Assembly (NCBI RefSeq): GCF_036971445.1
Contig: NC_091473.1
Coordinates: forward strand, 210,862,001 to 210,926,000
DNA length: 64,000 bases
Origin: Narcine bancroftii
Lineage: Eukaryota
Direction of reading: 5' to 3'
Shown one piece after another: positions 1 to 12,623 of the stretch; position 1 is the first letter of the stretch, and the number at the start of each line of letters is the position of its first letter. The position numbers were made by a program, and so were the translations under genes. The notes under the pieces were generated by a model. It did no database searches, was not told the origin of the DNA, and saw only the letters and a program-made list of their open reading frames with translations.

Positions 1-632
1 CTGCCCCTTCGTTAACATAGGAAGGAGTCAAGGGTACATTAGAATTAGGAGCAGGATACTGCTCGGCTTTCAATAAGAGACTTGATCTGGACTTGGACTC
101 GGCACCATTTCCCGTAACACTTAATCCTCTCTTCAGCAATCTCTGACTCTTGGAAGCATTTAATGAGGTAGCTTCACTGGGCAGAGAATTCTGCGGATTC
201 ACTTCCCTCAGGGAGAAGGCATTTCCTCATCTCCATCTCAAATCTACTCCCTGGATCGTCACTACGTGCCTGCCAGATCCCATCTCCTTCCATTTCACCC
301 CTGGAGCCTGTCTCCTGTCCCCACACCTCCCCTTCACGGTGAACAATCACCTTAACCCGGTTGATATGGGAAACCTCCCTGATTTGGATGCAGACACTTA
401 GGTCCCCACCTCACTCTCTCCCCCAGAATCTGCCTGAAGGAATTGTTGATGAACAGAGACAGGGGCCGATCACATCCCCAGACCGACTGAGGCCGGTCCC
501 AGACACCCCGTTCTTGGAGTTTTGTTTGGACACTGGTGCAGATAATGTGGTGGAGTTACCGGGGCTTGACGTGAATGATTCCCCACTGGAATGTGAACGC
601 GGTGTTGGGACAGGAGTGATGTGACTGGGGAG

Positions 633-673
633 CAGCTCTTCACTGAGGGATGTGGGTGGCTCTGAGAAGAGCC
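633..673 (-). terminator. H1 3' stem-loop and histone downstream element
   Basis: GGCTCTTCTCAGAGCC (673-658) followed by ACCCA, then GAAGAGCTG (641-633) on the minus strand. Confidence 0.95.
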
Positions 674-709
674 GTTGGGGTCAGGACTTTACACATTGAG
701 CTTTTTATT

Positions 710-1363
710 TCACTTCTTGGCCGCTGCCTTGGGTTTAGATTTTGGCCGGGCTCTGGATTTTGCAACTTTTTTGGTTGCCTTCACCTTGGTGACTTTGGCC
801 TTTGGTGGGCTCTTGAGCTTCTTCGTGGTCGCCTTCTTGGCCACTGGCTTCTTGGCCGCCGTCTTTTTAGCCGCTGGCTTCTTGGCGCCGTGTTTCTTGC
901 TGGGAGATTTCTTGGCCGCGGGTTTCTTGGAGGAAGATTTCTTGGTGACTGGTCTTTTGGCCGAAGATTTCTTTGCCACCGACTTCCTGGACTTCGACGC
1001 CGTGGCCGCTGGTTTCTTCGCTTTCTTTGCCAATGTCACTGTCCTTTCTTTCTTCCCGGCCTTGAAGTGACCCGACAAGCCCGAGCCTTTGCATTGAACC
1101 AGGAGGCCGCTGTCCAATTTCCTCTTAATGCTCGTCTTGATGTGCGAGGCGGACTTGCGCACATCGACGCCGCCTGCGGACAGAGCCTTCTTTATGGCGA
1201 AGTAGGACATCCCCCCGCGCTCACGGCAATCCGCCACAATCTGGTCGATCTGATCGCCCAGCTTAGGACCGGCTGGTTTGGGCCGGGCAGCCGCCTTCTT
1301 CTTCTTGGGAGCCTTGGTCTGGGCGCCAGGAGTGACAGGAGGAGCCGCTGCGGTCTCGGTCAT
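710..1363 (-). CDS. H1: Linker histone H1, replication-dependent, 217 aa
   Basis: MTETAAAP start, winged-helix globular domain, K/A/P-rich tail, no intron, downstream stem-loop. The likely start is ATG 1363, not 1633. Confidence 0.95.
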   Translation of the reverse strand: MTETAAAPPVTPGAQTKAPKKKKAAARPKPAGPKLGDQIDQIVADCRERGGMSYFAIKKALSAGGVDVRKSASHIKTSIKRKLDSGLLVQCKGSGLSGHFKAGKKERTVTLAKKAKKPAATASKSRKSVAKKSSAKRPVTKKSSSKKPAAKKSPSKKHGAKKPAAKKTAAKKPVAKKATTKKLKSPPKAKVTKVKATKKVAKSRARPKSKPKAAAKK

Positions 1364-1440
1364 GTCGGCGACTCTGTACCAATTTTTTCCGAGCTTTCGA
1401 CCTGAGTGAGAAATGAAGCGGGAGGCGGCGGCACAGAGCA

Positions 1441-1513
1441 ACTTAAAGGCAGCGAGCGGACGGGGCGGAGACATCCTGCTGTCAGCTCCCGCCACCACCG
1501 CCTCTCTGTGTTT
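1441..1513 (-). promoter_or_regulatory. H1 promoter: H1 box, GC box, weak TATA
   Basis: AAACACA (1513-1507), GGGCGG near 1463-1468 and TTTAAG near 1442-1447. No CCAAT lies between them. Confidence 0.7.
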
Positions 1514-2012
1514 CTGTCCCCTCCAAAATTCTCCCATTCCTATTAACATCGGAAACCCCGGAGTCCCGGACTCACCCCCGACTGTCTCCGAGCACCGAAT
1601 GTTTGTTGTAAAGGGATTTTGATCCGAATTCAATGAGACACTTCCCGTTTAAACCCGTTTCATTGCAGCACCGACCGCGTTCTCTCCCCCAATCACTGAC
1701 ATGTTTCCTGCTTTCCGACAGAAATATTAAAACCAACCAAAACTTTGTCGTTCATTCCCACTTCAGCACTGAGCTGGGGGTCGGCGCTATCCCGTGACAG
1801 GGAAATCTTGTCATCTTTCACAGGATGGGCCGGCAAATCCGGCACTAAGGTCGGATCCACAAACACAGTGACTCCAGTCAAAGACACCGCCCCTTGAACA
1901 CAGTCTCTCTGACACAATGTTCCCCTTCGCACCTTCACAGCACAAATAGTAGACGGGAGCACAGTTCCCAGCATCGGTTTATCGTCTAGAGTGCGGATTC
2001 TCGGGAGTTCCT

Positions 2013-2515
2013 TGTGATTTATATTTTATTTAAAGTTAACACATATATAATAATTAATTAAAATAATCTATCACATTATTTAAAACTTAATTACATACAT
2101 GTTAATTTATATAAAAGATAAGATTAAAAAATCTACAAAGAGAAAAAAACATCTGAATCCTGACTAATCCCTCCCCACTACCCCTACTAAAACAGCATCT
2201 AAATTATTAAAATATAAAATAAACATTATTACATATTTAATTGGATTGCTTCAGAAGATGATCAAAGTTAAAACAAATTTTTTTCCCTAAAAACACATTA
2301 TTTATTTTTGAGGGTAGACTTCTCTGGTCTGGAGAATTCAAAGGACTTATTTATAATTTCAAACCTAATGTTCGAGCATATGGACTCCAAATCTGTAAAA
2401 ATATAGAATATGTACCCATCAAATTATATGTATTTTTTTCTAATGTAATGTCGGGGACTCTGTACCAATTTTTTCCAAGCTCTGTTTGCCATCTTCCTAA
2501 TGTCAATCAAACAGC
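2013..2515 (-). mobile_element. L1 3'-end fragment
   Basis: The minus strand reads LGRWQTE...ITLEKNTYNL...IWSPY (ORF2 C-terminus), followed by an AT-rich 3'UTR. Confidence 0.7.
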
Positions 2516-2536
2516 TGATTTCAAAGCAAGAGCAAT

Positions 2537-4241
2537 ACATCTGGAAAATGTTGCATTTTGGGTATTTTCAAGATGGATGCCTCCACATGAGGTCTGGCAT
2601 GTGTATGTTTGGCTTAGTTAATAAATCTAGTTGTTTGAAAAAGAACCCGTTTATTTATTGTAATAAAATAAACATCACATGGTACCAAGAGTGGACAAAA
2701 CAGCCAAGAGTGGAAGAAACAGCCAAGTTCTGCTGTGCACAGGAGTGAAAGAAAAAAATAAGAAACACACAGAATGCATAGTAAGTCGATATCACCAGTG
2801 AAAATAGGGAGAGTTGAAAAACTCCTAATCCTTTAAAATGCATTGGAAATGATGACCATGACAGAAAGCTGTTTAATAAAGCTTTATGTTGTACCTGCAA
2901 TCAATTAGAATTGATAGCAAACTCAGAATACAGAAGATTGCACTGATACTTACCATGGTGGGACCTCAAGTACTAGAGGTTTTCAAAACATTTATTTTTG
3001 CCGACAAAGACAATCACAGCAAATTCGAGACTGTTCACCAAAGAAAAATGAAACCTTAAAGATGTATGTGTTTCATTATGCATGCAGATGGAGGGAGAGA
3101 GTTTTGATACATTTTTAACAGACTAAAAGCAAGAACATGCAGTTGTGGATCGCTGCAAGATTCAATGATCCATGCTCGGAATTAATGATAAGAAAATGAG
3201 AGAGAGGTTCCTGCAAGACTCAAAACTTACCTTAGCTAGAGCTACGAAGATATGCCACACCAGTGAAATAGCTCTACAGCACAAGAAAAAAATTGGTGTT
3301 AGTGTAAAAGCCAATGAAAATAAAGGCATAGTCTTAGCCACAGTGTCTGGGCACATACGCACACAAAATGAAATTCAGGAACCAGTGAAAAGATGGAGAA
3401 GCGACATTCAATTGTAAACAATATGGCAGTAAACGTGCACCAAAGCAATGCCCATTTTATGGAAAAAGTGTAGCAAGTGCAAAGGGCAGAATCAGTATGC
3501 CAAGTAATGTTTTTCCAAAGGGAAATGGAACAGAAGTAGAAGAGTTCACCCTATACAATACACTGTAGCAAAGAAGTCACTGTACAAACTATAAAAGAAA
3601 CAGCTCCCAGTGATACACTTTTCATGGGCATGGTGGTGCAGGAAATGAACAGTGTCGAGCAGGATAAATGGACTGTGTCATTGCATACAAGTGGAACAAA
3701 TATTCCTTTCTATTTAGACACAGGGCAATTTGATCTGTGAGCGCGACATCAGGGGAATGAAGATAAACTAATACATCCATGTATATCCTGTACTGCTCAA
3801 AACATGCAATAGACAGAGCATCGAAACGATAGGTGCATGTAAACTCAAGGCGAAAGTTAAAGATGAAGAGCATCACCTCGGGTTTACAGTAGTCCCAGAT
3901 GGACATTATTCATTGCTGGGTGACAAAGCATGTGAAAACTTTAACCTAGTCAAGAGGGTGTATCACATTAATAGTGACCATGTACTGAACAGCAAAGAGG
4001 AAATACCGGATCAATTTCCCAACATCTTCAAGGGCTTTGGAATTCTACCATTCACCTATAACATACAGTTAAAAGAGGATGCACAGTAGTACATGCCTCG
4101 AGGTGGGTTCCAGCACCCTAAAAGAAAAGTTCAAGCAGGAACTCAACCGAATGATGACACTAGGGCTCATGCCCAAACCCACAGAATGGGTGAATTCAAT
4201 GATGTGTGTCAAAAAGACCAGTGACCTACACGTATGCATGG
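2537..4241 (+). mobile_element. Degenerate Gypsy element, copy A (LTR end, PBS, gag, protease, RT start)
   Basis: LTR end CATCACA, PBS TGGTACCAAGAGTGG (2680-2694, tRNA-Leu-like), decayed CCHC knuckle, PTEWVNSM RT motif. Paralogous to 7661-9392. Confidence 0.85.
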
Positions 4242-4254
4242 CCCGTAACGTGGT

Positions 4255-4360
4255 TCAGCTTTTACTTCCTGTAGATGCTGCGTGACCTGCTGAGATTCTC
4301 CAGCCCTTTGGTGAACTGCCCTCGATCCCAACATCTGCAGGTTTTCTTGTTTAACTCAAG
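4255..4360 (+). mobile_element. SINE fragment (V-SINE-like)
   Basis: GATGCTGCGTGACCTGCTGAG...CTCCAGC...CATCTGCAG motif, recognised from memory. Confidence 0.5.
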
Positions 4361-5280
4361 GGGGACATTGCTTTGCATTTTCCTGAATGTTTTGTGAACG
4401 TTTCCTATGGTTGTTAAATTAATTGCGATCACTTTGTTTGACTTTAACTCCTCCTGGATCTAAACCAATTTTGGAATCACCACGTTCATGCAAACTCAGC
4501 AAGATATGGACAGAATGTTTGAAAGAGAAAAGAAAGCAGAGACTTGGACCTTTATGGACCATGAGAAATGTGTCAACAGAAGTGGGTTCCGTCTAAATGT
4601 GTGAGGAACTTAGGAAGTTTCTCAATGTCCATTCACCTGCTGCCTATGTGGGAAGGGATTCTCTCAGCAGGTCAGGAAATTAAAGACAATCTATGTTTCG
4701 GATTTGGGCCCTTTCTCAGGAATGTGGAAAAAAAGCCAGTTGCCCGATTAAACAAAGGGAGGGGCAGCAGCACAGGTGAACTGGTAAAAGGTCATAGGTG
4801 GATACAGGTGAGAGGGGAGAAGAGAAGTGACAGGGAGAGGACAGAGGGTTTCTCTCTGACAGGAGTTACTGGGCTGGCTGGTACGGATGGACTCTGTCTG
4901 ACTTGCACCTTGGCAGACATCAAATAAAAATGGATGCGACAGGAACATTCAGGCCTCATTCTTGACTCCTCAGCACCTTCTGGTTCACATTATTTCCACA
5001 CCCAACCACATGTAGCAGCCTGAATATCCTTTAAAATACTTCAACAAGTGCCTGTGCTACTGTAATACTATAATTTTGTTGACGGTTGACCTGAAGTTGC
5101 ATCCAAAACAAATACACACATAGCTTTTAATCAGGGCCAGATTAAGGAATTGCGGGGCCTGTAGCAGATATTTTAAAGAGGCCCTAAATTGTGCTGGCTG
5201 GTGCATGCATGTTGCAAAATTGCCAGCTAGAGCATGTGCAATGTGGGGGGAAGTGTGACTGTGCTGTGAGGGGGCACTTC

Positions 5281-5498
5281 TTCACACAGTGCTGGGAGTG
5301 TGGGTCGAGGTGCCAGCTGAAATGGTGAATGCAGGCTCCATTTTAACTTTGAGAAGAATTTGAACAAGTACATGGATGGAAGAGGTATGGAAGGAAATGG
5401 ACTGGGTACAGGTCAGTGGGACTAGGCAGAAAAATAGTTTGGCACAGACAAAAAGGGCCAAAGGGCCTGTTTCTGTACAGTAATCTTCTATGATTCTA
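5281..5498 (+). mobile_element. CR1 3'-end fragment
   Basis: Resembles the 3' end of the CR1 at 6117-6360, including the GGGCC...GGCCTGTTTC hairpin and a short TTCTA tail. Confidence 0.7.
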
Positions 5499-5882
5499 AA
5501 AGGGGTTAATGGAGATTGGAAGTCGAGGTTCATGCCATCTGGTTGGAGACTGGGGAGAATGGATATAAGGTGTCCCTCCAGTTTGCAGTGGTGTTGACGA
5601 TTGAAGTCCAAATTGTTGTTCTGATGGGGGTTTTCCCCTGCAGCTCCAGCTCTCCATGCATTTGTATAATCCCCAGTCAGCCTGCTGCATCTGTTCATTG
5701 GATTTTTCATCTAAACTGCATCAGATCTCCTGGGTCACTTCCTCTTTGTACTTGCTGGGATGGCCTGTATGGACGGATCCTGTCTGACCTGTACCTTGAT
5801 GGACATTTAATAAAAATGGCTCTGATGGGAAGATTCTGCCCTCTTTCTTAACTTCTGAAGCACCTTCTGGACGACATTATCA

Positions 5883-6116
5883 TCATGTACCTGTTGGAAA
5901 CTCATTGATCAGTGCCTTTGCTAATGTAATGCTATTTATTTGATGACCTATAGATGGCCCCCCTGTGATTTTTGCCCCGTTATTATGTCTAATCTCTACC
6001 CAGATCAATTCAACATTCTGCTCAATGGACACTAAATCATCTCTCACTATCACCCTGTTCTCATCCTGAATCAAGAGTGCTACCCCACCTCCCATAACTT
6101 CCTGCCTATCCTTTCA

Positions 6117-6154
<38 letters not shown>

Positions 6155-7265
6155 TTACAGCACGGAAACAGGCCATTAGGCCCTTCTAGTCCGCACCGAA
6201 CCAAACACCCCTTTCTAATCCCACCTCCCTGCACAATGCCCATAACCCTCCATCTTCCTCTCATCCATATACCTGTCCAACCTTTTCTTAAATAATACAA
6301 CTGACTCCGCCGCCACTATTTCTCCCGGAAGATCATTCCACACAGCTACCACTCTCTGAGTAAAGAAGTTCCCCCTCATGTTACCTCTAAACCTCTGCCC
6401 CTTAATTCTTAACTCATGTCCTCTTGTTTTAATCTTTCCTCCTCTTAACGGAAATAGTCTATCCACATCCACTCTGTCTATCCCTTTCATAATCTTAAAT
6501 ACTTCTATCAAATCCCCTCTCAACCTTCTACGCTCCAAGGAATAAAGACCCAATCTGTCCAATCTCTCCCCATACTCCAGATGCTTAAACCCAGGCAACA
6601 TTCTGGTAAACCTTCTCTGCACTCTCTCCACTCTGTTTATATCCTTCCTATAATTAGGCGACCAGAACTGCACACAGAACTCCAAATTAGGCCGCACCAA
6701 CGTCTTATACAATCTCAACATCACCTCCCAACTCCTATATTCCATGCAATGATTGATAAAGGCCAGCATACTAAAAGCCTTCTTCACCACCCTATTCACG
6801 TGAGTTTCTACCTTCAGGGAACGATGTACCGTCACTCCTAAATCTTTCTGCTCTTCTGTATTCCTCAATGCTCTCCCATTTACCACATATGTCCTATTCT
6901 GATTCTTCTTACCAAAATGAAGCACCTCACACTTATCAGCATTAAATTCCATCTGCCATTTTTCAGCCCACTTTTCTAAGCAGCCCAAATCCCTCTGCAA
7001 TCCTAGAAAACCTTCTTCATTATCCACTATTCCACCTATCTTAGTATCGTCTGCATATTTACTAATCCAATTCACCACCCCATCATCTAGATCATTAATG
7101 TATATAACGAACAACAATGGGCCCAATTACCTAAGATCCCAGGATATTTAATTCCCAATTATCTTCAACATGCAACCATATGTATGTAATAGCTATAAAC
7201 TCACACCCCTTTGGACTGATTACTAGTATTAACCTTTTCTGCAATGCTCTTGCCATTCAGATAAA
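5883..7265 (-). mobile_element. Old CR1 endonuclease-domain fragment, split by a younger CR1
   Basis: IAITxxWL...WELNI (7130-7200) continues as KDR...GGGVALLI...IWVEIR (below 6116). Confidence 0.75.
6117..7126 (-). mobile_element. Young 5'-truncated CR1 LINE with an open 303-aa RT C-terminal frame and (ATT)n tail
   Basis: GPLLFVIYINDLD, YADDTK, LERRRLRGDLIE. The tail is at 6117-6152. Confidence 0.95.
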
Positions 7266-10200
7266 TTATGGTCACACTTGTGACTGTTTTTAATGTGAAT
7301 TTTTGTCTATTGGATTGATTTTTTTCTGTCTCCACTTTGATTTTCCCCTTTTCTACCTTTTGCTTCTGTCTCTATTTTACTTCCTTCTGTCATCCTGTAG
7401 ATAATATCATTCACCTGCCATAGTCATCTCACCCTCCACAACACCACTGGCAAAAAAAATCTCCCAGGACATTGATCGCAGTCTTTTCCAAGTGTAGAAC
7501 ATCCAGACATTGTGATGGCATGGTCGGACACATGGGGGATGAAACATGGAGGTGAATGCAGAGAGGTACAGTCTGAAGAGCCCTGAGAGGGGTTGATGGA
7601 ATGTATCTGTGCTTGTAATGATAGATGGCTACCACCAGCAGGAGTTAGTCAGAGTGTGCAACATCTGGAGAATATTGCATTTTAGGAATACAGTTGCATC
7701 TTGGGTATTTTCAAGATGGATGCTTCCACATGAGATCTGACAAGTGTATGTTTGGCTTAGTTAATAAATCTAGTTGTTTTAAAAAGAACCCAAGTTTCTT
7801 TATTGTAATAAAATAAACATCACATGGTACCAAGCGTGGACAAAAATAATAAGAGTGGAAGAAACAGCCAAGTATTGCTTTGCATAGGAGTGAAAGAAAA
7901 CAAAAGAAACACACAGTGTGCATAGTAACAGTCAATATCTCCAGTGAAAATATGGAGAATTGAAAGATCCTAATCCTGTGAAATGAGTTGGAAATGGTGA
8001 CCATGATAGGAAGATGTTTAAATAAAGCTTTATCATGTACCTGCAAGCAATTGGAATCGATAGCAAACTCAGAATTTGGAAGATTGCATTGGCTTCTTAA
8101 CGTGGCGGGACCTCAAGTACTAGAGGTTTTCAAACCATTTATTTTTGCCGACACAGACAATCATAGCAAATTCAAGACTGTTCACCAAAGAAAAATTAAA
8201 CCTTCAAGATGTATGTGTTTCACTTATGCACGCAGATGCAGGGAGAGAGTTTTGATACTTTTTTAACAGACTAAAAGCAAGAACATGCAGTTGTGGATCG
8301 CTGCAAGATTCAATGATCCTTGCTCAGAATTAATGATAAGAAAATGAGAGAGAGGTTCCTGCAAGACTCAAAACTTACCTTAGCTGGAGCTACGAAGATA
8401 TGCCACACCAGTGAAATAACTCTACAGCACAAGAAAAAATTTGGTGTTAGTGTAAAAGCCAATGAAAATAAAGGCATAGTCATTACCAGAGTCTGGGCAC
8501 AGACACACACAAAATAAGATACAGGAACCAGTAAAAAGATGGAGAGACATTCAGTTGGACACAATGTGGCAGTAAACATGCACCAAAGCAATGCCCAGTT
8601 TATGGAAAAAGTGTAGCAAGTGCAAAGGGCAGAATCAGTATGCCAAGTAATGTTTTTCCAAAGGGAAATGGAACAGAAGTAAAAGAGTTCACCCTATACA
8701 ATACATTGTAGCAAAGAAGTCACTGTACACACTATAAAAGAAACAGCTCCCAGTGATACACTTTTCATGGGCATGGTGGTGCAGGAAGTGAACAGTGTCG
8801 AGCAGGATAAATGGAGTGTGTCATTGCATACAAATGGAGCAAATATTCCTTTCTATGTAGACACAAAGGCAAAGGTCAATTTGATCTGTGAGTGCGACAT
8901 CAGGGGAATGAAGATAAACTAATACATCCATGTATATCCTGTACTGCTCAAAACGTGCAATAGACAGAGCATCGACACGATAGGTGCATGTAAACTCAAG
9001 GTGAAAGTTGAAGATGAAGAGCATCACCTCGGGTTTATAGTAGTCCCAGATGGACATTATTCACTGCTGGGTGACAAAGCATGTGAAAACTTTAACCTAA
9101 TCAAGAGGGTGTATCGCATTAATAGTGACCATGTACTAAACAGCAAAGAGGAAATACTGGATCAATTTCCCAACATCTTCAAGGGCTTTGGAATTCTACC
9201 ATTCACCTATAACATACAGTTAAAAGAGGATGCACAGTAGTACATGCCTCGAGGTGGGTTCCAGCACCCTAAAAGAAAAGTTCAAGCAGGAACTCAACCG
9301 AATGATGACACTAGGGCTCATGCACAAACCATCAGAGTGGGTGAATTCAATGATGTGTGTCAAAAAGATCAGTGACCTACATGTGTGCATGGACACAAGA
9401 GACTTGAATGTCAATATAAAGAGGGAACATTATCAAATCCCAACCAGGGATGAAATTACAAGTGAGATGGCCAGTGCAAAGTTTTTCACTAAAATGGATG
9501 CATCCCAGGGCTTCTGGCAAATAAAACTGCATGATGATGGCACAAACTACTGTACATTGAATAGACCATTTGGCCAATACTTCTGTCTGAGGATGCCTTT
9601 TGGAATTTCCTCAGCTCCAGACGTGTTCCACAGGACAATTGATCACATCATCGAAGGCATAAATGGGGTATGTGTGTACATGGATGACATGATCCTATGG
9701 GGATCCACTCAAAAACAACACTACAAAAGGCTCATCAAAGTGTTACAACACTGTAATGGAGGATTAAAACCATGTGCCCAGATGCTTTTTTGCTTATGTG
9801 GAACTGACGACACTGGGGCCACACTCAGGTCACCTTAGTGTCAGAACTAGCAGATGTAATTAAACTCAGCCATGGGAATTTATCTGAAGATACACCTTTT
9901 TTTTTCCTTCGAAACTTTATTTATTAATTTTAACATATAAAGAAAGTAAGTAATACACGTACAAAAAAAATACAAAATAAAGTAATACAAGTATAATATA
10001 ACATAGTTAATACAATACCAATCTCGGCATCTCCCCCTATCGACTAAAAACTAAGACTAAGAAAAAAAAAACTATTTTTAAACCCTAAACCCCCCCTCCC
10101 CACCCCCACGATAAAGAGTGAAGAACTAATACTATTAGTATAATAATAATAAAAAATAAAAATATATATCTTAAAAAAAAGATCAATATATATATAAAAA

Positions 10201-10338
10201 CAAACAAAAAAAACAAAACAAAACAAAAAAAGGTATTAATTAAGTATTAATTATTAATCCAAAAATTTTTATTATATAAAAATATATATTAAAAAAACAA
10301 AAACAAAAAGAACTTAAATGAAAATAATTAATTCAAAC

Positions 10339-12491
10339 TTATTTAAATTGTATATAATCAATAAATGGGGTCCACTTTAACTCATAAAAAGACATCTTAT
10401 CTTGTATAGAAAATGATATTTTTTCCATAACCAAACAAAACTTCATCTCTGAATACCACTTATCTAAAGACAATACATTTCTATTCTTCCAAGTAATCGC
10501 TATACATTTCTTGGCCACTGCCAGCGCTAAATAAATAAAAGAGATCTGGTAATTATCTAATTCTAAATCAATCAACGGTTGCATATTCCCTAATAAAAAT
10601 ATATCAGGATGTAATACAATATGAAGATTATATAAATTATTAAATACAGATTGAATACCTTTCCAAAATTGTTGTAACCGATCACACAACCAAACAGCAT
10701 GTAAGAAAGTACCAGAAACCTGATCACAACGAAAACAAAGATCTGACTTACTGAAACCAAATTTTTTAAATTTTTCACTAAAATGGATGCATCCCAGGGC
10801 TTCTGGCAAATAAAACTGCATGATGATGGTACAAACTACTGTACATTTAATAGTAACCTAATTAATTAAAACTATAATTAATCATCGCCAATCTAGCATT
10901 AATCAATTTTCGAACACTATTACGGCAAATTTCAGACCAATCTTCTTCAGTTATTGTTAAATTTAAATCTTTTTCCCATTTCATTTTATCTTTATCCCAA
11001 TCTATTTTACTTTCACTTTCCAACAAAATACGATACAAACCTGATATATAACCCTTTTTTTGGAAATGAGAACATGTATTTCTCAAAATCAGTTTCAGAC
11101 AGTAAATTCATTTGACGACCGCATACCTGTTTTACAAAAGATCTTAACTGATAATACACAAATATAGAATGACCACTTATATCAAATCTCTTTTGCAATT
11201 CTACAAAAGAACAAAAATTATCTTCTAGAAAACAGTCAGATAAATTATGTATTCCTTTCTCCTCCCATTGTTTCAAAATAGTATTAGATACTGTGAAAGG
11301 AACAAGTTGATTATTATATAATGGTAATCTTCCCAACCACTTATTTTTTAATCCCATTTTGTGTAATTTACTTGTCTATAAGTTCATTAAATGTTTCAAT
11401 ATTGGTACATCATAAGTTCGTAACAAATTTTTATTCCATCGAAATAAAAATTCATTCAAATATTTTTCAGAAATAACTGCCAATTCTATCGGTGCCCAAC
11501 TAGGCGTATCTTGTGTGGCCATTAATGCGCTAAGAAATCTAAATTGAGCTGCTTCATAATAAAATTGAAAATTAGGTAGCCGTAACCCTCCAAATTGAAA
11601 ATCCCACATCAATTTTTTCAACGCCACCCTAGGAAATTTTCCTTTCCACATAAAATCCCTAATTACTTTATATAGATCCTTAAAAAATCTTTTTTGTAAA
11701 CAATAGGGAATTGATTTAAATAAATATTGTATACGAGGAAAAATATTCATTTTTATCGTATTAATTCTTCCTAATAAACCCAAAGGTAAATCTTTCCATT
11801 TAACTAAATCTGCCTTAATCTTCTTCGTTAAAGGAAGATAATTAAGTGAATAAAAATTTTGGTAGTCAGTATTAACATTAATTCCCAAATATTTAATTTG
11901 TTTCGTCCACTTCAAATTCATAATATTTCTAAACATTGAATAATCATCTTTACTAATTGATAAAATTTCACTTTTAGTCCAATTAACCTTATAACCAGAT
12001 AATTGACCATAAATCTCTAAGGAATCTTGAAGTGCTGGCAGAGAAACATCGGGATCCACCAAATACAGCAAAACATCATCCGCAAATAAATTTATTTTAT
12101 AAACTTCATTCAAGACTCTCATACCTTTGATACTATTATTCTGATGTATTAATTGTGCTAAAGGTTCAATAACGAAAGCAAACAAGGCAGGTGATAATGG
12201 ACATCCTTGTCTAGTAGATCTTGTTAAATTAAAGGATTCTGAAAGCAAACCATTAGTAACAGCTCTAGCTTTCGGACCATTATACAAAGCCCTAATCATA
12301 CCAATAAATGAGAGACCAAATGAAAACTTTTCAAGTACTTTAAATAAAAACTTACATTCTACTCTATCGAATGCCTTTTCTGCATCCAATGAAACCACCA
12401 TTGGATAATTCTTCTGAGATTTAGATCTATTTATCAAAGTAATTAATCGTAGAATATTATCCGAAGCATACCTATTTTTTATAAAACCTGT
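10339..12491 (-). pseudogene. L1 ORF2 C-terminal half (RT, C-terminal Cys-rich region), disrupted
   Basis: LDAEKAFDRVE, TRQGCPLSP, FADD, YLG, CFRC..GTFLHAVWLC. Confidence 0.93.
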
Positions 12492-12495
12492 GTGG

Positions 12496-12505
12496 CAAGA
12501 TGGCG
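12496..12505 (+). promoter_or_regulatory. YY1-type motif at the L1 5' end
   Basis: CAAGATGGCG right at the start of the 5'UTR, as in mammalian L1 internal promoters. Confidence 0.7.
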
Positions 12506-12623
12506 TAAGGATCAGACGTGCCTTCCAGTCCTCTCCTGACTCTATCTTATTGTTTTGTCTAGAAATGCCTGTTAAAATTCTTTAAAAGTTTAGATAATTT
12601 CAGTGCTGTTAATTTAACTTCGG

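Noticed and set aside
650-1405. 251-aa and 131-aa hydrophobic plus-strand ORFs
   Set aside because: These are antisense shadows of the lysine-rich H1.
1364-1633. 90-aa N-terminal extension of H1 in the ORF track
   Set aside because: It starts at a non-ATG codon and runs through the promoter. MTETAAAP at 1363 is the typical start.
5131-5186. CAGGGCCAGATTAAG, resembling a hAT terminal repeat
   Set aside because: No matching second terminus or TSD found.
6106-6300. Poly-tyrosine ORF
   Set aside because: It is a translation of the CR1 (ATT)n tail.
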